A stretch of 57,697 bases of DNA, filler included, from Catajapyx aquilonaris (GCA_000934665.2; 2 parts of 2 records of this genome joined end to end with filler, not necessarily neighbours in it), one strand, 5' to 3'; shown: positions 42,590-55,022, numbered from the whole stretch's first letter. The notes: generated from the letters alone by a model not told the origin. A program made the numbers and translations.

Positions 42590-43833
42590 TGTTGCTTGGC
42601 CTTCCTATCCCTCCACCGTTTGAGCCTGTTTATTTGGCACAACGTGTACTACTTTTGAGGGGCATTAGTCCATTGCCATGGGGGATGGGATGGGGGTGGC
42701 CAGGGGAAGGCAGGAGGGGTGCACGTGTGGGCGTGAATTAATTTTGGACGCTCTCTGACCGGGTAGGAAGGACGAGGGTCATCTAATCGTCTAAAAGAAA
42801 CATCCTGAGGATCCAGTGATTGGTGATTTGACCTCTCGGGGAGGTCACGACCATTAGTGATTTTATTAGTGAGGTCATCCACTCCGTTCCAGAGACTGTC
42901 ACAGTCACAGATGGAAAAAGGCAGAGGTCCGAATGCGACCTCAGGACCGCCATCTTTGGAGGTATTGCAGGGTTGCCAATTGAATTATTGTGGAAAAGTA
43001 TGGGGGGACGTTAACTGTACTTACGGAAATAATTGCAGCAATTTAACTGAGTCATTTAAAACATTCCTTCTAATTTCAACAAGAACTTTATCAAGGTGGA
43101 ATGAGGAGGGCGGGATTTTTCTAACAGTTATTTTGAACTGTTACTGTCGGTTACGGTTGTGGACAGCAAAAATGAGACACAATTGTTGCTCTGAGCATCT
43201 GTACACCCGAGATTACAACAATAACAAATTGGTCACTGGGTTGCCTTCATGTCCTATCCATGTTGTGGATGCAGTGATTGTTGGCTAACGGACAATCCCT
43301 ATAAAAATGTAATTAGCTGACCAGCAGAAAAACTTCCAACAATTTTTGCTGCAGAGTGACAACCATTGGGCATTTCAATGGGACTCTTCATGTAGGTACA
43401 GTACATTATTATATTGTGTGCATGACTGCCAACAAAATACTGTTTAAAATAGTACATTCTCATACATGGAATATATTGTGTATTGGTCACGCTATCATAA
43501 TATAGAATAATTGCAATATCACGGCTCACATGTCTGTGCCATATTGAGGGTAATATTTTATTTACTCTTGGTACGCATTTGTTTGCATTTAATTCACATT
43601 TTGTTCTCAGCAAACAACTTATTTTAAACCTATAGGTTTACATGAAGGGTTGATTATCACAAGGCTGCGTGGTTACATCTAAAATATATATGTAAATGAG
43701 GGTTGATCACACGTGAAGAAAGAAATTATGCCCATTTTTTTCTCTCACTTGTTTGTACAAAAAAATATGCATTTGTCAGGAAGACAAGATCAAATCAGTC
43801 TAACGTTCAATATTGTTGAAGAGAAGAAAAATG

Positions 43834-44679
43834 TTACGAATGGGCAGTGTTTTGTGGCGGCTTGTGTTTAACAGCTTGATCGTACGTAGGTGGAGGACTA
43901 GTCCCTGTTATCGGTGGCACAGAAGGAGACTGTGGCGCACTCCAAGCTGGCGGTGGGTCTCTGGGACGCAACAAAGGACGTGCTTCTGAAGAGTGTTCTC
44001 CTGTCTCACCCTGCAACAATAGTCCATGCTGTAACTGGATTGTACTACCATGGTGGTGAGTATAATTTCAAACAAATTTTCAAACAAAACTGCAGAAAAG
44101 CTGAACAAACTTTGCCTTTTATATGCATACGTAGATGATTGATCAATCACATCCACTGTCGGCCATATAGAAGTTGTGGAGTGTGATTCATGAATCATCT
44201 TCATATCAATCAGTCAATCAACACACTGTCAGCAATCATGAAGTTCACTCACTTGGTTTATGGAGACATGTATGACATTGTGGTCGTGGTCTGACCCATG
44301 TATGGGCAGGTATTGCATCTGTTGTTGCCTGGCCTCCCAGCGTCTCATGCACTTGCAGCATATGAGGAGGATCAGCAGTAGTACAAGGAACAGGTTGACT
44401 GCCCATGATTGATGGTTAGAAACATTGTTAACTCAATGCAACAACTGGTAATGCCGACATTGCTTGTGCAAAAACAGTGTCGGCACCCACCTGTATTAAA
44501 GGCTTACTTCCAAGTATGAGTCCACTGCTGCTTGTCCACATGTTGGAATTGAAGCAACAGTCATCGTCACCTATTGCGCAGCAGACTGTGCCGCCCTGGC
44601 AACAATGCTGACCCACGTCGGTGCAAAAGGCAATTCCGCATTTGCTCCGATATAATGTGGCACTCATGCTGCCTTGCAT
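43834..44679 (-). CDS. Array gene A: Cys-rich N-terminus, single TM, PPTY tail (~164 aa)
   Basis: Exons 44679-44508, 44398-44253, 44010-43834: MQGSMSATLYRSKCGIAFCTDVGQHCCQGGTVCCAIGDDDCCFNSNMWTSSSGLILG-INLFLVLLLILLICCKCMRRW...VSINQ-GETGEH...SPPPTYDQAVKH. The start may be the second Met (44667). Confidence 0.8.
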
Positions 44680-45028
44680 TCGTCAAAAATAATTATGAGC
44701 GTAGGTATAGGTACAGTACACTTGAAGTCTACCTCTGAAGTGCAAATGGACCCTGTCTTATCTTATCATCTGGGGAATGTAGTCTAGGCAGGTAGAGGGC
44801 AGCAGATAGTTTGCAATTGATAAGTAGCGGATAAAAAAAAAGTCATACGCATCTTCGCAGCACTAATTGCATCATGTTAGGACATTACTGCCTATATTTT
44901 TCTGCCATAGTAAATGGTTGTGTGTTTTATTGTTGTTCAATATTACAAAGCACGCAGGATGCACTGATGGGTGCATGGTTTCATGAAAATGATTTTTTAT
45001 TAAAAAATATGTTGCAGCCCATTAGTTC

Positions 45029-45658
45029 TCAAATCATTCTCTCCTTTATTTTCATAGCGTCGTCGTAAGATGGCGGACATTCCTCCGCTGTATAAGATGG
45101 CGGACTTTCCTTCACTGCAATATCTGTCGATGAAGATGTCTCCTGATGATGAGACATCTCGTCACTTCCTCTCGTTACCCCCTCCGGTTCCTCCTCCGAT
45201 TCCTGGAGGCACTTGTCATTGTTAATTACTGCACGAATGTATGACCCATGCTCCTTTACCTGATGCGCAGGAACTTGATCGCTGATCACTATGACCACAC
45301 ATTCATTCTCATTTGGTGCTGAACGTATCAAAAGTACTTCTTGAGGTATGTCGTCGATTCTAGCAGCCGTGGCACAACCGCAGCAGATGACCCACAGGAG
45401 TCTGATTACCAGGATAGCCACTAGTAAGCCTGAAGAAATATCCAAAATTAATGACGTGCCAATAGCAACATTTCTGTATGTCGGAATCAAAAAAAATGCA
45501 GTTTGTCCACCAAGTAACGACACTGACAATTAACATCACTGATTAGCAGATGTTTCTTGCTTACATATTTTTTTTAAAATAACTGTGTGAGTTCCACATT
45601 TCTGTGAAGTAGAAAACTTCTTACCTACTGGAGGGCCTGCTGCGTAATAATAACTCAT
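45029..45658 (-). CDS. Array gene B: short N-terminus, single TM, two PPSY motifs (~125 aa)
   Basis: Exons 45658-45625, 45429-45260, 45202-45029: MSYYYAAGPPV-GLLVAILVIRLLWVICCGC...DQVPAHQ-ESEEE...ESPPSYTAEECPPSYDDAMK. Confidence 0.75.
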
Positions 45659-46862
45659 GTTGTTTGGTCGTCCTCTGCACAGGCTGCTTTGTCAACAATA
45701 CCAAATGTCAGGTGTCAGATTTGGAAGCTGAAAATTCGACAGGCTTGACACCTGTTACAAGCGTGCAATGTTTGTACGATTAAGGAGAAAATATGGATTT
45801 ACAGCAGTCCCAGTACTTATTGGATTAAAATGAAATTTGACACCCCATTGTCAGCAGGTCGCTGACTTCAGATCTAGTGTCAAAAATAAGAAATTCAAAA
45901 TGGCGGACTCATGAGAAAAGTTACATAATCATCACCCAGTGCAGTGCAGTGGGAGAAATAGTAAACATCCTGGTAAAATTTGTAATTGCATCATATCCTG
46001 CCTGGATGGGTTAGATCTTTCCCACACATTATATTGAGCAGTTCTCTTGTTCGTATCCTTGTAACTTTGGTGTAAAAAAAATGATATGCGTGTTCTGTAA
46101 GGTACACACATATGACGCAATTTGGGGAATTGGTGCAAGCACGAGCAAGAATTTATTTCGCCTCCTGATTACAATCAAGACAAAGAAGTTATTGAAGGAT
46201 TTTGCGGATAAAATCTAAGATGAAATTTACTTACGCAAAAGTAGTTGCATGTAACGTGACAATTCCTTCTTGTTCAAATAATCAGTAAACTTCTGATTGC
46301 AAATGAAAGAACACGCTCAGAAGTACATTATAATGGGGGTAAAACAATCATCATCACCTTTCTCTATTGAAGCCAAGAGACAATCAAATATCTTGGACCG
46401 CACTGGCACACTGGCTCTTGTTCTACTAATACACCGTGAGATACTAGTCGTAGGAGCTAATATAAACATTTCAGCGTGTTGCTGTACGAACCAGATGGAA
46501 GACTCCGCATTCCTTTTTTAACGATATGACACTGTTGCCAAATTGGTATTTCGACCATGTTTTTAGATATTTCTCACACTGTGTAATCGGTTAAAAAAGT
46601 AAGTGGAAAAATGAAAAATAGGGGAAGGTAATAAATAAGCTTATGTTCCATTTTGAGAATGACCTCAAGTTGCCTTGGTTTGTGGTTCTTGTGGGTATGT
46701 TATCGTAACACTGACTTGGTGATTCCCCGCCAACTTCCTTTACAACATGGAGAGGAAGGAGCAGTGGTTAGCAGTGGTCAATGGAAGACAAGGATCCGCT
46801 GAGAGGGGTGGAGATTCTAAATATGAAAAATTGCAAACTCGCAAAAAAATGCTACACCGAAA

Positions 46863-46960
46863 TCACTTGTAGTTTTTGACGTCTTCCTCGTAACAAGCCG
46901 GATTTTCCTCCACAGCAATCTTTGTCGGCAGTTTGTTGAAGTATCTCATGACTTCCGCTC
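46863..46960 (-). pseudogene. Orphan exon-3 remnant of the array family
   Basis: Reads ...KIAVEENPACYEEDVKNYK*, homologous to KITVEENPPSYEEAT of genes D/F. I found no matching exons 1-2. Confidence 0.5.
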
Positions 46961-47239
46961 GATTTTATGAGCGTAAAATTTCACTCGTATTTTTGGAACA
47001 TTTTGCGAGTTGTGCGAAGATTATTATTAGCGTACAGAGCGAACGTATGATCTATTCATATGACCTTCTAATGTGCAGATACTTTATTCCAAGGTAAATA
47101 TGGAAAACGGTAGACAGTGCGACAATGTATATAGGTTCATATATATACACATTTTATTAACCATCTACAGGTCTACACTAATGCCAGCAATCCTGAATAT
47201 TGTTTTTATCAGCAAAATCATATTGACAAGTAGATTAAT

Positions 47240-47824
47240 TTAAGGCTTCTTTTGAATACGGAGAGATTCCTCGTACGAAGGCGGATGCTCTTCTGGAGGA
47301 TGTGCTGGACAGCAGTCCCTTGCACTATTCACATTGGCTCCCTGAAGAGTTGTGAATATTTTGCAATAGTTAGTGAACATTTTGTGCTGCCTAAAGAATA
47401 ATTATGCTTGTTCAGTTATCAAAATTATGCTAGTTCAACTTACCAGGGATGCAGGAACTTCATGGCTGACCACGCTGACCATACTGTCTGGTGGTATCAG
47501 CAATACCCGTTGGCGGTCGCGGCCAAGGCGGTAGCATATCCACCAGATGAGGAACCCGAGTTTAAGTCCTCCGACAATCGCAGCTATGCCTGTGGAACAA
47601 TCCAAAAATTAATGAAGCGGTAACAGTCTTCTGAATATTTTGCTTCAAAATGCACTTTGTCCACCGAGTATTGAAATAATTAGCAATGGCACAAAGAACT
47701 TAATAACATGTTCTAGAGTTTGAGATATTAATATCGCTTCAACAATATGTAGTATGACAGGCTCTGAAGAATTAATATTTCATACAATCTCTTTACCTAT
47801 AATAGAGTACCCCTGGTAACCCAT
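47240..47824 (-). CDS. Array gene C: short N-terminus, single TM, PPSY (~91 aa)
   Basis: Exons 47824-47797, 47589-47444, 47341-47240: MGYQGYSII-GIAAIVGGLKLGFLIWWICYRL...HEVPASL-GANVNSARDCCPAHPPEEHPPSYEESLRIQKKP. Confidence 0.72.
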
Positions 47825-48182
47825 AATGCAAAGTTTTCTTGAAGAAATACACTGAATGGCCAGTGCCGATTTAAAGAAGTAAATTCAAGCACTGCAGATC
47901 TGACGACTTGGTGTCTTCAGTTGCTTTTGTGCAACGCTTGGAGGAGGAAGCAAAGATGCAGTATTATCAGCTTCATAGTACCTTATCTTGAATTAGTGTG
48001 GTTTTTCTAATCTATTTCTTCTTGGTTGGCATCCTGGTAACAATATGAGGGTTGCCAAATGATGAAAAGTCCCCGAGTTTTATTTACATAATTGCGCAAT
48101 ATTGTCTTCTGTGTTTGGAGTGTAATGAGATAAAAAGCTATTGAGTATATTTTTAATTCATTTTAAGGGGTAGCTCTTCCAG

Positions 48183-48790
48183 TCAGGTCTTGTTGCTTCT
48201 GGTGGCTTCCTCGTACGAAGGAGGATTTTCCTCGACTGTAATCTGTGTCCGGGAAGGAATTTGTTGCAACTGGTAATGAGACATCTCGTAATTTCCATTC
48301 ACTGAGGCGTCCATTTCCTACAAGCAATTTCCATCATAATTTATTAGTGAACGCAGATTAATATACGTTGTGTTAACGGTAGGAATACAAAGCGAATACA
48401 TGATTCTCCTCACCTGGTGTGTAGAAACTTGACCGTTGACCACTCTGACCACACATTCATTCTGTCTCGGTTCCGACCCTATCAGCAGTGTCCGTTTAGG
48501 TGTGCGATTGCAGCAAGTTCTGATGCATCTCCAGATCATGAATTGCAGGAGGTTGAATAGCAGGAAAACTAGTATGGTTATGGCTGCATAATAATACAAA
48601 ATTAATAGTGTCAATAGCGTAACGAATATTTCGTATGTCGGAATGAAAATGCAGTTTGTCCATCAAGTGATGACATTGATGGCATGAAGATCTTCAAAAC
48701 GATTTTGATTTTGAAAAGGAACAATATTGCATAAGCAAGAGCATCAGCGGAATTCTTACCTATCGGGCCGAATCCGTTGTAACCACTCAT
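48183..48790 (-). CDS. Array gene D: short N-terminus, single TM, PPSY (~111 aa)
   Basis: Exons 48790-48760, 48583-48414, 48317-48183: MSGYNGFGPI-AITILVFLLFNLLQFMIWRCIRTCCNR...QVSTHQ-EMDAS...EENPPSYEEATRSNKT. An in-frame upstream ATG at 48928 is an alternative start. Confidence 0.78.
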
Positions 48791-49011
48791 GGTGCTAGCT
48801 CGTCCTCGTCTGCACAAGATGCTTCTTGAACAGTGCTGGACATTAATGGTGTAGCGCCACGAGCCGGTGTTTGCAGAAGAGAGAATCGAAGTGATCAAGT
48901 GCGAGCAAGTGCGAGTATAATAAGTCATAGACCCCTGATAGCGTAACTGGCTGCTCACTCTTTCAAAACACCCTGGAGATATCTTTAGTGTGGTTTTTAC
49001 TAATCTATATA

Positions 49012-49340
49012 CAGGGTGTTTCAACTTTTTTGTCCGAACAGTTATCGGAAAATTGCACGTAGCTGCTACTTTGTAAGCAGTGACTTGCAAACGGTGATTT
49101 TTCGGAGGAACGGGGAATATCCCCTGCGAATCGTAGGTTGAAGTGGCATACGTGCTGCCCGCTGAAAATTGAAGGTCAAGCCTGGAAAAAAGAGGGTCAC
49201 ATATGCCATGGGATGTGTGACCCTCTTTTTCACCATTTCCCATTCCTCCGACAAACCACCGGTTGCAAGTCACTGCTACAATGTAGCAGCTACGTGAAAT
49301 TTTACGATAACTGTTCGGACAAAAAAGTTGAAACACCCTG
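49012..49340. mobile_element. Tc1/mariner-type MITE upstream of gene D
   Basis: ~57-bp terminal repeats CAGGGTGTTTCAACTTTTTTGTCCGAACAGTTATC... flanked by TA. It is absent at the paralogous sites ~52020 and ~48010. Confidence 0.88.
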
Positions 49341-49575
49341 TATATATATTTTTTCCATTTGGAGACATCTGAGTAATATCATGGGGTTTTACACGTAATG
49401 GAAAAGGTACTGGGTGAGTTTCGTGTTCATAATTACGTAATATTGGCTGGCCTGTTGGCAATGGTAATTATTTTTGGTGTGTTATTTCAATGTGCAAAAA
49501 AAAAGCACTAGTGCACTTCAGAAGTCTAATTAATTTGATGTCAGTGAATGACATAAACCTCTTCCTGCATTATTC

Positions 49576-49650
49576 AATATAATAATATATAATATAATAA
49601 TATAATATAATATAATATAATAATATGATAATATATAATATTATAATATA
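49576..49650. repeat. (ATATA)n microsatellite
   Basis: Imperfect pentanucleotide tandem repeat. Confidence 0.85.
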
Positions 49651-49998
49651 AGCATATGAGGTACTGATGTATAGTATGGAACGTTGAATAATTACCGGGA
49701 AAAGGCTTATTTTTATAAAAGTGTTGAAACCATATGAAACGTATTACTCAATTCCGAACATTTAAAATGATTATATTCCTAAGCATTTGATGCGGAAAAA
49801 GGGAAAAAATTATAATTAAGTTTTAAAAAAATCAAAATATATAGGGAGAAAATTAAACAAAATCAGATTTTATTCACTTAAAAAATGACAGGTGCATCAC
49901 ATACGTGGAAAATAGTTTGGTCTACGGCTTTTATTTTCACCTCTTCATTCCACATTTCATTGGTGAAAAGTTACTCCATTTATAAGACGTTATTCGTA

Positions 49999-50684
49999 TT
50001 ATTGCTCATCTACGAGTAATTGCATTGATGTAGATGGACTTGGGTGAGTTGTTTCCTCATATGAAAATCGGTCCTCTGATGGAAACCTGTAAGATGATCG
50101 GACATGTCCCAACTCACGAGAATCGTTGCCAATCCTTCCCACAGGACACTGCGGTGAGGAAAATTATTAGTTAATACCATCTTACAATATGAAGGCTTAT
50201 AGATGTACAGTATTTTAATTAAAATAATGTCAGACACAGTATACGGAAGGTACAAAATTATCTCGATAATGCACAAACAATTTCTGCACTTCTTATACCT
50301 GATGTGCAGCAGCCTGGTCGGTACTTCGTGTGGTTCGCACTCGTAAAGGTATCGGCATGTTTCCTCGAAGTTCTCCGCCTTCATAACTCCTCCTGCACTT
50401 GTAGATGCCCCATACTACTATCAGTACAGTGAATGCTAGCCCTATGTAAAAGAGAACCAAATTACTAACCCCAGGTGTCCATTACGTGTATTGTTGCAAA
50501 ACTCACATCCTATGGCGGCGTATATTCCGTATTCATATGGCGTAGGTCTGATAATGGGTTCGCTGAGACACCGTTGACTAGTGGAGCAGTACCACTCGGT
50601 GCCCAAACAGCATGTTTCCGAATCCTTGCATCGCAACTGACCACCACACGATTTTGACCCGACCAAGCTCCAACTTCCGGACAT
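49999..50684 (-). CDS. Array gene E: 6-Cys N-terminus, single TM, PY motif degenerate (RFSY) (~156 aa)
   Basis: Exons 50684-50507, 50441-50299, 50148-49999: MSGSWSLVGSKSCGGQLRCKDSETCCLGTEWYCSTSQRCL...YAAIG-WLAFTVLIVVWGIYKCRR...AAAHQ-CPVG...PSEDRFSYEETTHP. Confidence 0.75.
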
Positions 50685-51308
50685 GATAGTCTGGTGCTGT
50701 ATACGGACGTCTGTGCTGTCTGTGCTTACTGTGACTATGATTTTGTGACTTCCTTTACATCAGACGTGTCTTAAGTGGGCGGTACCAAATGACATTACCA
50801 TATCAAAGAGGGCACTAATTGGCCGGTGGAACGACCAGAGTCACATTTGACTGATTTTGAGCCATGATGGTTTGAACCTTGAAAATTGCACCATTACGGG
50901 ATAATTACAGTATTTTCAATAATTACACTAAGGGACTCTAATGTCTTACTGTAACAACTGACATGATTATTATCAGAAATGGTTTTATTCAATATTGACC
51001 AAATGTGACTCTGATCATTCTGGGTATGGGTTGCATAGTTCAATTTCGGGGCACGCAATAAAAACCAGAAATCAGCAACTTTTATGTTTGTATATTGTAC
51101 AGATAATTTTAATGTGTAGAGAACATTGAGTGAGGCTGGAGTATTGTTGTGTTTACTCGTATAGGTCTATTATTGTATGACAGTTAGCAACAGTTAGCAG
51201 CAGTAGTAGCAACAGATTGATGTAATATTGCCTGCTAATTACTATACTTCCGGATGTAGATGCTTTCCGACCTTTGAAACTTTGTAACATTGCGCATTGT
51301 TGCTCCAA

Positions 51309-51810
51309 TCACGTCATGTTGCTTCTGGTGGCTTCCTCGTACGAAGGAGGATTTTCCTCCACTGTAATCTTCGTCTGTGAAAGGATTTGTTGCAACTGGC
51401 AATGAATCTCGTCACTTCCGCTCACTGAGATTTCCGTTTCCTGCAAGTATTGGTAAATAGTGAACATACTGTATAGATTTGTATACATTGTGCTACCGAA
51501 TACATTCGCCTTACTTGTTGTGCAGACACTTCATCACTGACCACTATCACAACATTGTCTCTCGGTGTCGACCCTATCAGCAGTGGCTGTTGAGGTGTGC
51601 GGTTGCAGCCAGTTCTGATGCATCTCCAGCAGATGACACACATGAGTTTGATTAGCAGGACAATTACGGCTAATGCTGTAGAATAATCCAAAATTAATAG
51701 TGTCATATTTTGATTTTGGAATGATCAACTCCAATAAGCACGAGCTTCACATTTTGTGCACCTTCAGCGAAATCCTTACCTATCAGGGAGAATCCGTTGT
51801 AACCACTCAT
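51309..51810 (-). CDS. Array gene F: short N-terminus, single TM, PPSY (~107 aa), close paralogue of D
   Basis: Exons 51810-51780, 51675-51515, 51440-51309: MSGYNGFSLI-ALAVIVLLIKLMCVICWRCIRTGCNR...EVSAQQ-ETEIS...EENPPSYEEATRSNMT. Confidence 0.78.
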
Positions 51811-52531
51811 GGTGCTAGTATAGGTAGTCCTCTGTACAGGCTACTATTGGAGCAATACCAATGGTCACTATACTGTCGATTTGAAGCAGTAAATTCTGGG
51901 TCCTCGGATGGACGGACTTGACAGCTTCTGTTGCAAAGTGTGCAATGGTTGTTCGATTCAGGAGAAAATATGGATTTGTAGCAGCTTGCACAGTGCGATA
52001 TCTTAGTGTGGTTTTTCTGATCTATTTCTTCTTTAGCGGCATCCGGGTAATATCACGGGATTTTCCACATAATGGGAAAGGCACTGGGTGATTTGCATGC
52101 ACATAATTACGTAATACTGACTTTCTTGTTTGGGGTAGAATTTTTGCTGTATTTTTAATTACTAAATGTGCAAAAAGCACTATAGTGCACTTCAGAAGAC
52201 CAATAGTGATATGCCAGTGAATGACATATTCTAAGCTCTTCATGCAATGTTCAATATATGAGCATATGAGGTAACGTACATGACGGAACATGGAATAATT
52301 AGCAGAAAAAACACCGTGGAAAAAAGCGGCATGATGGATTAAAATAATAATAGTCTGCCCATTAATATGAATATTACCAAACGATGCGTCACGCGTCGCG
52401 TCGGTAAATGGAAAATAGGCTACTAACTTCTGCTTAGTGCTTTAAATTTTTTTTTATATTTTCACCTCATTACATTTCATTGGTGGAAAGTTACTACGTT
52501 TATGTAATCCGTAATTTGCATTATTGCAAAT

Positions 52532-53337
52532 TTATTTAATTGCTGTAGGTGGACTTAGGTATTGTCCCTTGGTAGTCTCTTCACATGAAGGTGGCTTGTC
52601 TTGAGATGGAAACCTGGGAGATGACTGGAAGTGTTCCAATTGAGAATAGTTGCCAGTTTCTTCAGTTATAATAATTGCAGGAACCTGCAGTGTAGAAATT
52701 ATTGTCGATTATTCAACACCATTTTAATCGGCTGTTATATATACCCTATAGTGTACAGGCTGATGTTTAAGACGCGATGAAAACCTATGGCTGTTTCAAA
52801 AGCTAGCTAGATTCAACTCGGTAGCATTATCAAAAAGTAGGCTACATTGGGAAGGCAGAGCTTACAGTATATGGCTTTGATAATGTTTAAATGATATTAT
52901 ATTCTCCAACCAAGAAGGGACCATCATATCCTGTACTTCTTACCTGATGTGCCACAACCTGAAGGCAATTAGGGTTGGTACTGTGTGTAGTTTGCACTTG
53001 CAGCACATTTCCTCGACGTTCTCCGCAGGCAGGACTCCTCCTGCATTTGCATATGATGCATGCGACAATCAGTATAATAAATGCTGCACCTGTGGAAGAG
53101 AACCAAGTTACTAACCAGTCAGCCGGACTGGTGTGTACGTACTGTACGTGTAATGTTGCACTCCTTACATCCTATGGCAACGTATGTTGGGTCATATTGC
53201 TGAGTAGGTCCACTAGTGCACCGTCCACTCGTTGTGCAGTATGAACCATTGGTACCCAGACAGCATGTCTCCCAATTACTGCATCGAAATTGACCACCAC
53301 ACTGCTTAGACCTGACAAAGACCAAACCTCCGGACAT
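52532..53337 (-). CDS. Array gene G: 6-Cys N-terminus, single TM, PY motif mutated (PPSC) (~155 aa), close paralogue of E
   Basis: Exons 53337-53169, 53089-52944, 52684-52532: MSGGLVFVRSKQCGGQFRCSNWETCCLGTNGSYCTTSGRCT...YVAIG-CAAFIILIVACIICKCRR...VVAHQ-VPAII...QDKPPSCEETTK. Confidence 0.75.
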
Positions 53338-53812
53338 CTCTGGTGCTGTGCAGCGATTGTTAAGTTCAAAAAGTAGATGTGCCGTTCTTGCACTTTTTAT
53401 CATAAGACTGGTTTTGTGATTTCCCGGTAACTTCCTAGAAATGTAATGCCATTGCGTTCATGCGCAGGGCTTGCGTTTTTTCCCACAGAAAAATAAGTCG
53501 GAAATGTTACCGTCAACATACCCCACCTCATCTTAACTTGAGGTTTGGTTGCGATTTTATCATGCGAGACTTCCTTAGGTTGGTTCATTTGTGGGTAAGT
53601 GAGGGGTACCACTGTGCATCAATGGTCTTAGCTTTGGAAATAAATGGAAATCTTTTTCTATATGTACCTACTATTTGCTTGTAAACTTGAAGGCACGAAA
53701 TGCACGATCACAATCTCAGTTTGATCAAAATGATTCAGTTGATTTCAGATATGCTGTTCAGATTCATCCACCTATTTATTTCGTGAAAAATCAATTTTAA
53801 CAATGTTTCACA

Positions 53813-54380
53813 TCACATTTTGGCAGCTTCACTGTACCCAGGTGGATCTTCCGTTGTCATTTGAGGTAAGTTGATGTGCTGGGGCATTGTAGCGTAAGTT
53901 ATTATGTCCTAGAAATAGACATATATTTGGCGTAATTGATACAGATATTTGCATACGCGTATATGGAAAACACACATTTTCACGAACACGAAATACTGGT
54001 GTTCTTACGTACCTATACAGTAAATATGGCTTACGTAAATACTTGAACCCTTCCCACAACTCTGACTTGATTACTCTTGTACTACTATCACTCTCTTTCT
54101 GGAGAGGCATCTTTTGCAGACCGCAACTAACATCAGGATAGTGAAGATTATTGCAACTGTAAATATTCAGTAACATAACACAATGTCATTGTTGTGGAAG
54201 TGCAAGGCAGGATATTTTGGGCAATTTTTTGATGCGACATCGTAACAACTTACCTACACTGCTCACAGTTATTGAGGTGCTGTGTGACCCAGAATCTGTG
54301 GGGTCCGTAGGTTCATCATCAGGAATTTGAGTGGAATTTGGCAAAATGGTGCTCCGTAATAAGCTGTAGTTTTGAAACAT
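53813..54380 (-). pseudogene. Array gene H: Ser/Thr/Pro N-terminus and TM, premature stop in exon 2, intact-looking PPGY exon downstream
   Basis: Exon 1 54380-54254; exon 2 from 54156 reads VAIIFTILMLVAVCKRCLSRKRVIVVQE* (TAA at 54073-54071); exon 3 53908-53813 reads DIITYATMPQHINLPQMTTEDPPGYSEAAKM*. Paralogue of J. Confidence 0.6.
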
Positions 54381-55022
54381 GCTGGTATAGTAGTTGACAA
54401 TGCCAACTGTACTGTACGTACTGTGTGAATGGGCTTATCCTTCTTTGGAATATTTGTGTAGTGTTTGCAATGAATCTTATCTCTTTGCCAATCATTTGCA
54501 ATATAGTTATCTCCTGCATATTGGAAGTCATAAATTACTCTGGACAATACCAGATCCGGTCTATATGGAAAGATTTATTATTGTAAGCCAAATGATAAGT
54601 TCGTAGCTACTCTACAATCTCTACCCATTGTAGTCATACCCTCTTTCGCAGGAATACTCTGCTAAGCTTAAATTCTACAAAACTTCCAATTGAGAGGAGA
54701 TCATGTTTTCAGATTTGCATCACTTTATGTCGCTTTATGTACAGCGGTTTTGTCTTTAGGGAGAGGAATGACATCGATTTATTATTGTGCCAAAATCATA
54801 AGGATAGTACGAGTTTTATACACATAATTGTTTCAGAACAATAGAAATTTTTGTACCACAAAATGTGTGAGCGTTTAATTTTCAGAATACTGTACGAGAA
54901 GTTACAACCTCATATATAGTCTATATATGAGGTTGCCTGAAGAGAAGAACAATATTGTGATTCAAATTACCAGAATATCTCTTATGTTGCTATTATCGAC
55001 TGGTACGAATTCATCTTAATAT

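Noticed and set aside
45692..45694. In-frame TGA next to Cys (WYC*QSSLC) as possible selenocysteine
   Set aside because: There is no in-frame upstream ATG in the exon, the aligned residue in paralogues is Ser, and the same region is frameshifted in gene F. Decay into UTR explains it better.
48611..49336. 241-aa ORF
   Set aside because: It is a chance read-through of MITE, 5' flank, exon 1 and intron 1 of gene D.
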